Source: Verrucomicrobiota bacterium
GTDB lineage: Bacteria; Verrucomicrobiota; Lentisphaeria; Lentisphaerales; Lentisphaeraceae
Length of the DNA: 64,000 bases
Reading direction: 5' to 3'
NCBI GenBank assembly: GCA_039798785.1
Contig: JBDKFG010000029.1
Location: 1-64,000 of the forward strand
Below are positions 1-9,970 of the stretch, piece after piece; position 1 is the first letter of the stretch, and every line of letters starts with the position of its first letter. The notes under the pieces were generated by a model, which was not told the origin of the DNA, searched no databases, and saw only the letters and a list, made by a program, of their open reading frames with translations. Both the position numbers and the translations under genes were made by a program.

Positions 1-1
1 C

Positions 2-3000
2 GCCGGTCTCTGGACCTATGCGCCGAACGCCAACGCGAACGGCAGCGACAGCTTCACCCTCACCGTCTTCGACGGCAGCGGCGGCTCGGCGGCCCAGACG
101 ATCAACTTGACGGTAAATGCGGTCAACGACACCCCCGCGATCAGCAGCGCCAGCTCCTTCAACGGCAGCGAAGACGTCGCTCTCAGCTCCAGCGTCACGG
201 CCAGCGACGTCGAAGGCTCGTCCCTCAGCTACGGCGTCAGCGGCAACGCCAGGGCCAGCATCAGCGGCAGCACCTGGACCTATGCGCCCGCCGCAAACTT
301 CTACGGCAGCGACAGCTTCACCTTGACGGTTTCCGACGGCGCCGCCTCGGTGACCCAGACCATCACCGTCCATCTCGCAGCCGTCAACGACGCCCCGGTG
401 GTCAGCGGCGGAAGTTCGGGCAGCGGCGACGAAGACAGCAGCCTGACCGGCACTCTTGTCGTCAGCGATGTCGACGGCATGGCCGACGGCTCTTATTTCA
501 CCCTGGCCACCCAGGCCGTCTCAGGCATCGCCTCGATCGATCCCGTGAACGGCGCCTGGACCTATGCGGCCGCCGCAAACTTCAACGGCAGCGATAGCTT
601 CGTCGTCCTGATCACTGACGACCTCGGGTCGACTTCGACCCAGACGATTTCCCTCAACCTTGCCGCCGTCAACGATCTTCCGGTCTTCGGCAGCGGAATC
701 AGTGGCAGCGCCACGGAAGATCAGATCCTGCCGGTCAGCGGCAGTCTCGGCATCAGCGACGTCGATGCAGGCGAGAGCTTCCTGGTCGCCAGAACCGGAG
801 TCGCCGGCAGTTACGGATCCTTCAGCATCGACTCGGCAGGAGCCTGGAGCTACACCCTCGACAACGGCAAGGCCGCGGTGCAAGGGCTCGGCGCCGGGCA
901 AAGCACCGCCGAGTCCTTCCTCGTCAGCTCCTTCGACGGCTCGGCATCGCAGGCCGTGACGATCAGCATCCAGGGACGGAACGACCTCGCCCTGATCAGC
1001 GGAACGGCCAGCGCCTCGATCCAGGAGGAGCAGGCTTCAGTCAGCGCCTCCCTGAGCATTTCCGACCCCGACTCCGGCGAATCCGCCTTCGTCCCGAGAA
1101 GCGCCGTCGCCGGCAGCTACGGCAGCTTCTCGATCAACGCCGCCGGCGCCTGGAACTTCGTCCTCGACAACTCCAAGACGGCAGTGCAGGCACTGGCGTC
1201 GGGCAGCAGCGTCTCCGAAAGCTTCCTCGTCAGCTCTCTCGATGGCGGCAGCTCGCAGAACGTCACCGTGATCCTTCAGGGCGTCAACGACATTCCGGTC
1301 ATCAGCGGCACCAGCTCGGTGGAGATCAGCGAGGACGACAGCTCGGCGTCGGGCAGCCTCGGCATCGTCGACGCCGACAGCTCGGAGTCCTCTTTCATCG
1401 CGGCGACGGCCAGCAGTTCCTACGGAGTCCTGGACTTCGCCACTGACGGCAGCTGGAGTTTCACTACCGCCAAGGCGGCCCAGGCCCTGAACACCGGCGT
1501 CAGCGTCAGCCTCAGCCTGACGGCAATTTCAAAGGACGGCAGCGCCAGCAGCGTCCTCAGTGTCGTGTTGCAAGGCCAGAGCGAACCCCTGGCCTGGCTT
1601 GATCTCAAGGAGGATCTGGATCTCAACCTGGTGCCCGACCTGATCGACAGCGGCGCGGTCAGACGCTACAGCGGCCCGGCCGACAGCATCGCCGGCGAAA
1701 GCCTGGCCAGCGGCGACTTCAACGGCGATGGTGTCCAAGACTTCCTTTTCGGCGCTTACGGAGTCGCCCCGGCCGGCGCCGCCTACCTGCTTGACGGCCA
1801 GTCTGCCGCCGGCGGCAGCCTCTCTCCGGGTTCCCTCCTGATCAGCGGCGACGACGCCGGCGACATCGCCGGAGCCACCGTCAGAGCTTGCGGCGATTTC
1901 GATGGCGACGGCTTCGGCGACTTCCTCGTCGCCGCACCGGCCGCCGCCGAGCTGTACCTGATTTACGGGTCCGCCAGCCTGAGCGCAGTGAACCTCAGCG
2001 TCGACGGCGACGCCGACGGACTTCCCGATGTCCTCGAGGCTGGCGCGGGCTTGCGGATCCGCGGTCCTGCGTCCGAAGGATTCGGCGACGCCCTCGCCGC
2101 CGCTGACCTCAACGGCGACGGCTACTCCGACCTGGCCATCGGGGTTCGCCTGGCCGACAGCAGCACGCAGGTGGACTGCGGCAAGGTGGTGATCGTCTTC
2201 GGCGGCGCCACTCGGCCAGGCGCCGCCATCGACCTGAGCGTCGACCTCAATGCCGACCAGATCCCGGACTATCTGGCGGCCGGAGGCGGACTCCAGATCT
2301 TCGGCCAGGGCGCCTACGATGATTTCGGCGCCTCCCTCGACGGCGGCGGCGACGTCAACGGCGATGGCATCGAGGATCTCCTGGTCGGAGCGAAAGGCGC
2401 AGACCGCAGCGGCAGCAACGCCGGCAGCGCCTATCTGCTTTACGGCCGCACCGGATTGTGGAGCAGTTCCCTGGACCTTCATGCCGACACCAATGCCAAC
2501 AGCCTGCCGGACGCCTTCGACGCCGGCCAGGGCCTGCGCCTCGACGGCGCCTCCGGCCAGGGCCTGGGGAGCTCCGTCGCCCTGCTGGGCGACGTCAATG
2601 GCGACGGCTATGGCGACTTCGCCCTCGGCGCCGAAGCGGCGGGCAGCGGCAGAGCCTGGGTCCTCCACGGCGGCGCAGCCCTGCCGGTCCAGATCGATCT
2701 CGCTACAGATGCCGGCGGCAACGGCCTGGCTGACTGGATCGAGCTCCACGGCGGAGCCCAGATTCACGGTTTCGCCGCCGGCGACTATTTCGGCCATGCC
2801 CTTGCCGCCGCCGGCGACGTCAACGGCGACGGCTACGCCGATGTCCTGGTCGCCGCTTCGGGCATGGATTTCAGCGGCCGCAGCGACGCGGGGGGAGTGG
2901 TCCTGCTCTTCGGTGGGCTGACCCTCGACGGCAGGATCGAACTCGCTCTTGATGACGGCAGCCTGCCGAGCAGCAATTCCGCCGACGGGCGTCCCGACTT

Positions 3001-3676
3001 CCTGGAGAACGGCGGAGGCGTCCTGATCGCCGGCGCTGCGGCCCAGGACGCTCTGGAAGGCTTGATGCTGGCTGCCGCCGGCGATATCGACGGCGACGGC
3101 TTTGACGACTTCCTCGCGGCCTTCGGCAACGCCGGCGGCGGCCAAGGCTACAGCTTCCTGATCCGCGGCCAGGATTTCCTCAACGGCCTCGGCGGTCTCC
3201 TCAGCGGAACCAGCCGGAGCGGCAGCGCAGCCGCAGACATTTTCGTCGGCAGCGCCGTCGCGGAGACCTTCAGCTCCATCGGCAGCGGCGACAGCGTCCG
3301 CTGCGGCGCCGGTGACGACATCCTGAGCCTCTCGGCCTCCGGCTTCCTGCATCTCGACGGCGGCCTGGGCGATGACCGGCTGATCCTCAACCTCGCCTCC
3401 CTCGACCTCAGCGGCATCTCCGCAGGCCGCCTGCGCAGCTGGGAGATCTTCGACCTGAGCTATGAAGGACCCCAATCCGTCAGCCTCGACGTCGACGCGC
3501 TCCGCCATCTGGAGGTGGACGGCGGCGCCCTGCGCATCCTCCGCGATGTCGACGACAGCGTCACCCTCACCGGCTTCACCCTCGGCTCAAGCCGGAACAT
3601 CGATGGACAAGACTACGCCATCTGGACTGCGGCCGCAGCACCCTCGCTGGAGATTCAAGTCCTGGAATTGATCTGA
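2..3676 (+). CDS. Large secreted adhesin-like protein (5'-truncated): tandem Ig-like/VCBS repeats, FG-GAP integrin-like beta-propeller, RTX-like C-terminus
   Basis: Frame is open from base 2 (AGLWTYAPNANANGSDSF...). Repeated WTYAPAANFxGSDSF / VNDAP and YGSFSIxxxGAWxY units; multiple GDxNGDGxxD FG-GAP motifs; C-terminal GAGDD/GGLGDD repeats typical of type I secretion substrates. Confidence 0.88.
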   Translation, partial: AGLWTYAPNANANGSDSFTLTVFDGSGGSAAQTINLTVNAVNDTPAISSASSFNGSEDVALSSSVTASDVEGSSLSYGVSGNARASISGSTWTYAPAANFYGSDSFTLTVSDGAASVTQTITVHLAAVNDAPVVSGGSSGSGDEDSSLTGTLVVSDVDGMADGSYFTLATQAVSGIASIDPVNGAWTYAAAANFNGSDSFVVLITDDLGSTSTQTISLNLAAVNDLPVFGSGISGSATEDQILPVSGSLGISDVDAGESFLVARTGVAGSYGSFSIDSAGAWSYTLDNGKAAVQGLGAGQSTAESFLVSSFDGSASQAVTISIQGRNDLALISGTASASIQEEQASVSASLSISDPDSGESAFVPRSAVAGSYGSFSINAAGAWNFVLDNSKTAVQALASGSSVSESFLVSSLDGGSSQNVTVILQGVNDIPVISGTSSVEISEDDSSASGSLGIVDADSSESSFIAATASSSYGVLDFATDGSWSFTTAKAAQALNTGVSVSLSLTAISKDGSASSVLSVVLQGQSEPLAWLDLKEDLDLNLVPDLIDSGAVRRYSGPADSIAGESLASGDFNGDGVQDFLFGAYGVAPAGAAYLLDGQSAAGGSLSPGSLLISGDDAGDIAGATVRACGDFDGDGFGDFLVAAPAAAELYLIYGSASLSAVNLSVDGDADGLPDVLEAGAGLRIRGPASEGFGDALAAADLNGDGYSDLAIGVRLADSSTQVDCGKVVIVFGGATRPGAAIDLSVDLNADQIPDYLAAGGGLQIFGQGAYDDFGASLDGGGDVNGDGIEDLLVGAKGADRSGSNAGSAYLLYGRTGLWSSSLDLHADTNANSLPDAFDAGQGLRLDGASGQGLGSSVALLGDVNGDGYGDFALGAEAAGSGRAWVLHGGAALPVQIDLATDAGGNGLADWIELHGGAQIHGFAAGDYFGHALAAAGDVNGDGYADVLVAASGMDFSGRSDAGGVVLLFGGLTLDGRIELALDDGSLPSSNSADGRPDFLENGGGVLIAGAAAQDALEGLMLAAAGDIDGDGFDDFLAAFGNAGGGQGYSFLIRGQDFLNGLGGLLSGTSRSGSAAADIFVGSAVAETFSSIGSGDSVRCGAGDDILSLSASGFLHLDGGLGDDRLILNLASLDLSGISAGRLRSWEIFDLSYEGPQSVSLDVDALRHLEVDGGALRILRDVDDSVTLTGFTLGSSRNIDGQDYAIWTAAAAPSLEIQVLELI

Positions 3677-3710
3677 GGCAAATGGCGGCGGCGGCGCTAA
3701 TGTCTGCGCC

Positions 3711-4748
3711 GTGAACATCCTCCTGATCAAACTCACCAGCCTTGGCGACGTCATCCATTCGACCCTCGCCTTGGACGCGGTCAAGGCGCGCTTCCCGCAA
3801 GCGCGCATCACCTTCGTCGTCGACCGCTCCTGCGCCCTCGCGGTCAGCGGCCACCCGCTGGTCGACCGCCTCGTCGTCGCCGACCTGCGGGCTCAGAAAG
3901 CCAATCTCCGGTCCTTCCGTCTCGGCGCTGCCTGGAGCGAGCTCCGGCGCGTCGTCGCCGAACTGCGCCGCGACACTTTCGACCTCGCCATCGACCTGCA
4001 AGGGGCGGAGCGCTCGGTCCTGCTGCTCTACCTCGCCAAGGCGGCAAGGAAATTCTGCAAAGGCCGCTACCCCTTCGTCACCGGCTTTCGCCGTAAAGAG
4101 GCGCACGCTCTCGACGAGCTGCGCCAGCTCCTGGCCCTCGCCGGCATTCCGGCGGAGGACGCCTTTCCCCGCCTCGCCCTGCCGGAGGAGGCCGGGCGCG
4201 AACTCGCCGCGCGTCTGCCCGAGGCCCTGCGGCCGGCGCTCGCCTCGCGCCGCCTCGTCTGCATCTCGCCCTTCACTTCCTGGGTCACCAAAGACGTGCC
4301 CCTCGCCACCTGGATCGAGGCCTGCTCCGCCATCCAGCGCTTGCGCCCCGATCTCGACTATGCCCTGGTGGCAACGCCCGACAAGAAGGCCGAGATTGCG
4401 GCCGCGCTCGAAGCCGCACCCGAGCTCCTGCGCCCCCGCCTTTTCAACCTCGCTGGCGCCACCACGGTGCCGGAGCTGGCCCGCCTCGTCGAAGCTTCGG
4501 CGCTGGTGATGGCATCAGAGGGGGCCACGGGTCATTTCGCCTCCGCTCTCGGCACTCCGCTGGTGGTGGTCTTCGGTCCGACTTCGCCCAGCCGTGTCGG
4601 CCCCTGGGGCCGCTCCCGGGTCGTCCGATCAGCTTCCGCCAGCTGTCTCGAATGCTATCGCCGCCGCTGCAGCCAGTGGATCTGCATGGACGGCCTCGCC
4701 GATCCCATCGCCCGCGCCGCCCTGGAGCTTCTCGGCCCCGGGGAATGA
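3711..4748 (+). CDS. Glycosyltransferase family 9 (WaaC/WaaF-like heptosyltransferase)
   Basis: N-terminal ILLIKLTSLGDVIH, DLAIDLQG, H-x-A-S-A-L-G-T-P...FGPT, C-terminal CxxC...C...C. Confidence 0.9.
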   Translation: MNILLIKLTSLGDVIHSTLALDAVKARFPQARITFVVDRSCALAVSGHPLVDRLVVADLRAQKANLRSFRLGAAWSELRRVVAELRRDTFDLAIDLQGAERSVLLLYLAKAARKFCKGRYPFVTGFRRKEAHALDELRQLLALAGIPAEDAFPRLALPEEAGRELAARLPEALRPALASRRLVCISPFTSWVTKDVPLATWIEACSAIQRLRPDLDYALVATPDKKAEIAAALEAAPELLRPRLFNLAGATTVPELARLVEASALVMASEGATGHFASALGTPLVVVFGPTSPSRVGPWGRSRVVRSASASCLECYRRRCSQWICMDGLADPIARAALELLGPGE

Positions 4749-4827
4749 TCCCGGCGCCTCCAGCGCCGCCATCTTACAGTTCTGCACTGCCTGCTTCAGG
4801 CGAAATGCCGGCGGGAAAGCGCCAGCT

Positions 4828-5697
4828 TCAACACGCGCCACCCCGAGCCCCTTGACGATGCAGCAGCCACGCCAGGCCACATTCGGCCGGAATGAGCTGC
4901 ACGCCGGCGGCGGGCGGCATGGACAGGCTGCGGATGTCGACGCTGTTGAAGTCGAACATGCCGAAATGATGGCCGAGGAGACGGGGAATGCCGGCTTCGC
5001 GGCAGAGTTCCAGGGCCTCTTCCAGGGTGAAATTGCCGGGCACGCCGCGCGAGCCGCGGAATTCGTCGCGTCCGTTGACCGGCAGCAGGGCGAGGTCGAT
5101 GCGCCGGGAGGCGAGGGTCTCGGCGAGTCCCGGGTAGGGGATGCAGTCGCCGGAGTGGTAGATGCGGACGCCGCAAATCTCGAGGATGTAGCCGAGGAAG
5201 TGGCTGTTGCCCTCGGCGTCGCGGACGATCTCCTCGTGGCAGGAGGGAATGGCTTCGAGGGTGAATCCGGGGGCGAGCGGCAGCTTTTCGCCGTCGCTCA
5301 CCGGCAGCAGGCGATCCCGGGGCAGGCCGAGCTTCCCGAGGGCGTGGGGGATTTCGGCCCTGGGCAGGACGACGCGGCAGCGCGGGTTGACGGGCAGCGC
5401 CTGGTGCAGGCTGGGGCCGTCCATGTGGTCGCCATGGCGGTGGGTGCAGAGCCAGAAATCGAGCCCGCGCAATGAAGCGGCTTCGAGAGGCGGCGGCATC
5501 ATCCGGGTGTGCGGGAACTCCTTGCCGGCGTACTTCACCGCCAGGGCGTCGGAGAGGTAGGGATCGAGCACCACATTGAGACCGCCGCCGCGGATGGCGA
5601 AGCCGGCTTGGCCAAGCCACCAGAGGGCGATCTCGCCGTCGGCCAGCGGCAGCTCAAGCCATTGGCTGGCGGGGTGGTCCAGGACGGCGGTTTTCAT
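4828..5697 (-). CDS. Metallo-beta-lactamase fold hydrolase (UlaG-like lactonase)
   Basis: WWLGQAGF, LDPYLS, THRHGDHMD, YHSGD, LLPVNGRD, HHFGMF. Start moved to MKTAVLD (ATGA overlap with the upstream gene). Confidence 0.85.
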   Translation of the reverse strand: MKTAVLDHPASQWLELPLADGEIALWWLGQAGFAIRGGGLNVVLDPYLSDALAVKYAGKEFPHTRMMPPPLEAASLRGLDFWLCTHRHGDHMDGPSLHQALPVNPRCRVVLPRAEIPHALGKLGLPRDRLLPVSDGEKLPLAPGFTLEAIPSCHEEIVRDAEGNSHFLGYILEICGVRIYHSGDCIPYPGLAETLASRRIDLALLPVNGRDEFRGSRGVPGNFTLEEALELCREAGIPRLLGHHFGMFDFNSVDIRSLSMPPAAGVQLIPAECGLAWLLHRQGARGGAC

Positions 5698-6641
5698 CGG
5701 GCGGTTCCTTGGCAGACTTTCGCCTCTGCGAGCAGATTGTCGACTGCGGCCTCGATGGCCCGGTCGACGCTTTCCGCGGTGAAGGCGCCGGTGTGGGGCG
5801 TGGCGATGACGTTCGGATGCTTGACCAGCCGCCAATCGGACGGCGGTTCGCTCGCGTAGGCGTCGAGGGTGAGCCCGGCGAGACGTCCGGAATCCAGCGC
5901 CGCGAGGGCCGCATCGGCATCGATCAGCTCGCCGCGGGCGGTGTTGATGACGATCACACCGGGCTTCATCCGGGAGAAGGTCGCGGCGTCGAGAAACGGC
6001 CGTCCGCCGTGGGGGATCGGGCAATGCAGGGAGAGGAAGTCGCTGGACTCGAGAACTTCGTCGAGGGAGGCGTAGCGGAAGCCGGGGCCGGGAGCGAAGG
6101 CGGCATCGGGGTAGAGATCGTAGGCGAGCACCTCCATGTCGAGCGCGGCGGCGAAACGGCAGAGGAGCTTGCCGATGGCGCCGCAGCCGACGACGCCGAG
6201 ACGGCGGCCGGCCAGCTCGACGCCCTGGTAGCGGGTCCAGCGCTCCGCCTTGAGTTCGCGGTCGCTCGCCGGCAGGCGGCGTGCGGCGGCGAGGAGATGG
6301 GCGAGCGCCAGCTCGGCGACGCCCCGGGCATTGGTGCCGGGAGCGGTGTGGATCTTGACGCCGAACTCCTTCGCGGCGGCGGCATCGATGCTGTTGAAGC
6401 CGGCGCCGTTGCGGCTGATCACCTTGAGCTGGGGCGCGGCGGCGGCGATGACCTTGGCGGAGACCGGTTCGACGCCGCAGAGATAGCCCCAGCAGCCGGG
6501 AAGCGAGCGCAGCAGCTCGTCCTCCGCGGGCTGGCGTCCGGGCGAGGGAATGACCAGCTCGAAGCCGGCGTGGCTGAGGCGTTCGACGGCGGGGTGGCCC
6601 TTGAGGGTGGCCGAACGGGGGGTGACGAGGATGCGCTTCAT
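5694..6641 (-). CDS. D-2-hydroxyacid dehydrogenase (phosphoglycerate dehydrogenase-like)
   Basis: ISRNGAG, GVVGCGAIGK Rossmann motif, LSLHCP, INTARGELID, ATPHTGA. Confidence 0.92.
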   Translation of the reverse strand: MKRILVTPRSATLKGHPAVERLSHAGFELVIPSPGRQPAEDELLRSLPGCWGYLCGVEPVSAKVIAAAAPQLKVISRNGAGFNSIDAAAAKEFGVKIHTAPGTNARGVAELALAHLLAAARRLPASDRELKAERWTRYQGVELAGRRLGVVGCGAIGKLLCRFAAALDMEVLAYDLYPDAAFAPGPGFRYASLDEVLESSDFLSLHCPIPHGGRPFLDAATFSRMKPGVIVINTARGELIDADAALAALDSGRLAGLTLDAYASEPPSDWRLVKHPNVIATPHTGAFTAESVDRAIEAAVDNLLAEAKVCQGTAR

Positions 6642-6642
6642 A

Positions 6643-7221
6643 TCATCCCTCCTTGGGAACGAGGGCGAAGCCGCCGTCGCGGGCGACGACCCGCTTGGGG
6701 AAGCCTTCGGTGAGGATGTCGCCGTAGTTGAGGCCGGCGTCGGCGGGATAGTTGCAGAAGGTGATCAGCGCTTCTCGGCCGGTGTTGATCGAGCGGTGGG
6801 CCCAGCAGGGCGGCACGTAGACCATGCGGCCCGGACGGAAGGTCTCGGCGCGCACTTCGCCCTCGGGGGTCTTCATCAGCATCACCCCTTCGCCGCGCAG
6901 GCAGAGATAGGTCTCGGCGGTGGCGATGCGCTGGTGGTAGTGCCCCTTGGTCATGAAGAACTCGTCGCCGATCTTGCCGGGCAGGAGCTTGCTGATGCAG
7001 ATCATGATGTGGCCGGCCTCGGTCGGGATGTTCTTCTCGAAGACCTCGTAGTGGACCGGGTCGCCCTCGGCGGCGAGGGCCTCGATGGCGGCGCGGTCGC
7101 GGTAGTAGGGGATCATCGTCGAGGCGCGGGTCGACTTGCTGCGGTCGGGATTGAGCATGATCCCGGCTTGCAGATCGAAGTCGACGGCGAAGGGCGGGAA
7201 GTAGGCGGTTTGGCTGTTCAT
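6643..7221 (-). CDS. Cupin-type (archaeal-type) glucose-6-phosphate isomerase family protein
   Basis: PGKIGDEFFMTKGHYH...ETY...G-G-M-L-M...VYVPPCWAHRSINTG...YPADAG. Start at MNSQTAY. Confidence 0.88.
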   Translation of the reverse strand: MNSQTAYFPPFAVDFDLQAGIMLNPDRSKSTRASTMIPYYRDRAAIEALAAEGDPVHYEVFEKNIPTEAGHIMICISKLLPGKIGDEFFMTKGHYHQRIATAETYLCLRGEGVMLMKTPEGEVRAETFRPGRMVYVPPCWAHRSINTGREALITFCNYPADAGLNYGDILTEGFPKRVVARDGGFALVPKEG

Positions 7222-8195
7222 CAGACTTTCCTTTTGTTGGGTGAGACGGCGGCGGCGACGGCGCCGAGACGGTCGAAGGCGGGGCCGCTGACCGGGATGT
7301 CGATGGCGAAGACTTCGGCGATGACGCGGGTCCAGCCGTGGATGAAGTAGACCCAGCCGTCCTCGACGGTCAGTTCCGCCTCCGGCTTCTGGCGCAGGGC
7401 CTGGTCGAGGAAGAGCAAATCGCCGCGGTAGTTGAACTCCCAGGCGATGCCTTTTTGCGGGAAGCGCACGGCGTCGGTCAAGGGCGAGCCGGGAGCGTCC
7501 TTGCCGAGTCCTGTGGCGTTGACTACCACTGATCCCGCTGGCAGGGCCGCGACGACGGCATCGTTGTCGCTCGCCGCGGGGCAGAGGTGATAGCGGAAGT
7601 CGATGCCGCATTCGCCGAGCGTGGCGTGGATGTGGCGCATCTCGTCGAGCCGCGGCTGGCTGCGGTTGGTGACATGGACGACGGCGGGGCGCTTGTCTGA
7701 GGCGATCAGGGTGGCGAGGTAGAGGGTGAGGGCGAGCGAGGAGCCGCCGGCGCCGAGCAGGCAGAGTTCGCCGCCGGACTTCCAGTAGCCGGAGGGAATG
7801 AAGGCTTCGAAGGACAGGCCGCTGGTCAAGGGGTCCTTGGCATGAGCGCGCAGCTTGCCGCCTCGCTTCGAGATGCAGCTCGCCTCGCCGAGGAAGGCGG
7901 CGTGCGGATCGACCTCGTCGAAGAGATCGCGGGCGGCCTTGAAGAGATCGAGTTTGTGGGTTGTGACCAGTCCGCCGAGGGAGAGCGGGTCGTGCTTGAT
8001 GAAGTCGACGACGCGGCGGTAGACCTGGGGATCGTCATGGACCTTGCAGTCGATGCCGCGGATCACCACGTCGCCCAGGCCAAGGGCTTCGGCCCAAGCC
8101 GGAAAGACCTTCATGATCGAGGACTGGCTGGTGCTGACGCCGATGAAGTAGAAGGTCGGCCGGCTGGCCGGAACGAGGGACTCGAGGGTGCTCAT
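7221..8195 (-). CDS. Shikimate dehydrogenase-like oxidoreductase of unknown substrate
   Basis: LVTTHK, LGAGGSS, NRSQPR, VNATGLG. Start at MSTLESL overlapping the kinase stop. Confidence 0.75.
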   Translation of the reverse strand: MSTLESLVPASRPTFYFIGVSTSQSSIMKVFPAWAEALGLGDVVIRGIDCKVHDDPQVYRRVVDFIKHDPLSLGGLVTTHKLDLFKAARDLFDEVDPHAAFLGEASCISKRGGKLRAHAKDPLTSGLSFEAFIPSGYWKSGGELCLLGAGGSSLALTLYLATLIASDKRPAVVHVTNRSQPRLDEMRHIHATLGECGIDFRYHLCPAASDNDAVVAALPAGSVVVNATGLGKDAPGSPLTDAVRFPQKGIAWEFNYRGDLLFLDQALRQKPEAELTVEDGWVYFIHGWTRVIAEVFAIDIPVSGPAFDRLGAVAAAVSPNKRKV

Positions 8196-9703
8196 GCTTG
8201 ACTCCTGTTTCTTGCTTGGTGATCGTGATAGCCCAGCAGATGCTCGTAGAGGCGAAGGCTCTCGCTGGCGGCGGCGGCCAGGGCGTCTTGGCTGGCGGCA
8301 TCGGGAGTGATGGCTTCGCCGCTTTGGCGGCGGGCGATGGCCGTGGCGGCGGGATCGCCGATGAGGCCGGCGGCGCTGGCGCCGAGAAGAGCGCAGCCCT
8401 GCAGCCCGGCCTCGGGTTCGGGCGAGACTTCCAGCGGCAGGCCGAGGGCGTCCGCCTTGATCCGGTTCCACATGGCGTTGCGGGTGCCGCCGCCGACGCT
8501 GAGCACCCGTTCCGCCCGCAGCCCGAGGGCGGCGAAGGCACGGGCGTCGCGTGCCATGGCGAGGGCGACGCCCTCCATCACGGCGCGAATGAAATGGGGA
8601 GCCCGGTGCTGCAGGCCGATGCCCGAGAAGACGCCCTTGGCGTTGCGGTTGTCGCTGCGGCGCTCGCCGCGCAGGTAGGGCAGGAAGACCAGGCCCTCGC
8701 AGCCCGCCGGCGCCTCCGACGCGAGACGGATGAGGTCTTCGTAGGAGGCGGGCGCGCCGCTCGAGGCGACTAGATCACGACACCAGGTCATGCTCAGGCC
8801 GCCGCAATCGAGAATGGTGAAGGGAATCCAGCCGGGGACGACATGGCGGCAGTTCTGGATGCCAGCATCAATGAGGGGTGCCGGGCTGTGCGCCGCCAGC
8901 AGCGAGCTGGTGCCGGTGACATCGGCAAGCAGGCCTTCGCCAACGATGCCGAAGCCTAGCATCGACACCGGGAAATCGCCGCCGCCCGCGACCACCGGCG
9001 TGCCGACAGGCAGGCCCGTAGCGAGCGAGGCCGATGCCGTCACCCGGCCGATGATCTCGTGCGAGGCGAAGATCGGCGGAAACTTGTCGAGAACCAGCCC
9101 CATCGCGGCCGCCAGCTCGGCAGAGTAAGTGCCTCTGTGCCAGTCGAAGATTGCCGAACACGAGGCCTCGCTCGGGTCGGTGGCGGCGACGCCGCTGAGG
9201 CGGAAGTTGAGGAAATCCTTGGGGACGAGATAATGGCACGTCGCCGCGTGGGCCGAGGGATGATGCTCCTTCTCCCACAGAATCTTGATCCCCGTCCAAG
9301 CGGGATTCGGAGCGTTGCCGGTTCTTTCCAGAAAGAGTTTTTCGCCCAGTTCGCGGCGGAGGAAATCGACCTGCGCGGCGCAGCGCTTGTCGCACCAGAG
9401 CTGGACCCAGGGCGTGGTCAGATCACCTTGAGCGTCGACCCCTACCGGACCATGCATCTGGCCGCAGCAGCTCACTGCCGCGACCGGGCGTCCCGCCAGC
9501 TCCGACGCAGTCAACACTTGGCGGATCACCTCGCAGCTCAAGCGCCACCAATGTTCCGGACGCTGCTGCGCCCAACCCGGCTGCGGGTTATCAGTCTCCT
9601 GCGCGATCTGGACGAGCTTGAGGATCTTGCCGTCGGCGTCGATCGCCGCCGCACGGACACTCTGGGTGCCGAGATCGACGGCGAGGATGAAGGGCTGGCT
9701 CAT
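8192..9703 (-). CDS. FGGY-family carbohydrate kinase (xylulokinase-like)
   Basis: DLGTQSVR, GQMHG, LWCDKR, PKDFL, AGGGD, GTSS, FLPYLRGER, RAVMEGVA, GGGTRN. Confidence 0.93.
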   Translation of the reverse strand: MSQPFILAVDLGTQSVRAAAIDADGKILKLVQIAQETDNPQPGWAQQRPEHWWRLSCEVIRQVLTASELAGRPVAAVSCCGQMHGPVGVDAQGDLTTPWVQLWCDKRCAAQVDFLRRELGEKLFLERTGNAPNPAWTGIKILWEKEHHPSAHAATCHYLVPKDFLNFRLSGVAATDPSEASCSAIFDWHRGTYSAELAAAMGLVLDKFPPIFASHEIIGRVTASASLATGLPVGTPVVAGGGDFPVSMLGFGIVGEGLLADVTGTSSLLAAHSPAPLIDAGIQNCRHVVPGWIPFTILDCGGLSMTWCRDLVASSGAPASYEDLIRLASEAPAGCEGLVFLPYLRGERRSDNRNAKGVFSGIGLQHRAPHFIRAVMEGVALAMARDARAFAALGLRAERVLSVGGGTRNAMWNRIKADALGLPLEVSPEPEAGLQGCALLGASAAGLIGDPAATAIARRQSGEAITPDAASQDALAAAASESLRLYEHLLGYHDHQARNRSQA

Positions 9704-9775
9704 GATTCATATCTCCTGGAAAGCGGTTTCAGCTTCCCAACAGATAAACCCAATCGTCCTTCTGTTCCGCCTTAG

Positions 9776-9810
9776 AATCTAGATTGCAATGAGTTTCTAA
9801 ATATGGGATT
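9776..9810 (-). promoter_or_regulatory. Conserved promoter/operator copy 1, upstream of the FGGY kinase operon
   Basis: AATCTAGATTGCAATGAGTTTCTAAATATGGGATT; 31/35 identical to 14177-14211; about 73 bp upstream of the 9703 start. Confidence 0.7.
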
Positions 9811-9970
9811 TAGGATTCGGAGGGCTTGTCCAGCGAAGGATGAGTCCATGAACAAAAATTGGGCCTTAGTGAAATGTGGGAGGCCGCCTCTGGCGGGCGA
9901 TTGTATCTTTCGCCCACATCATTTGTTACATTCCTACGAGTGAAAGACCATCCCAACTCCGGAGCCTCCC

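Noticed and set aside
5694..6641. Assigning serA, or pgi/xylB/aroE symbols to the cluster genes
   Set aside because: Family membership is clear but substrates are not; the dehydrogenase lacks the SerA ACT domain and the context suggests other functions.
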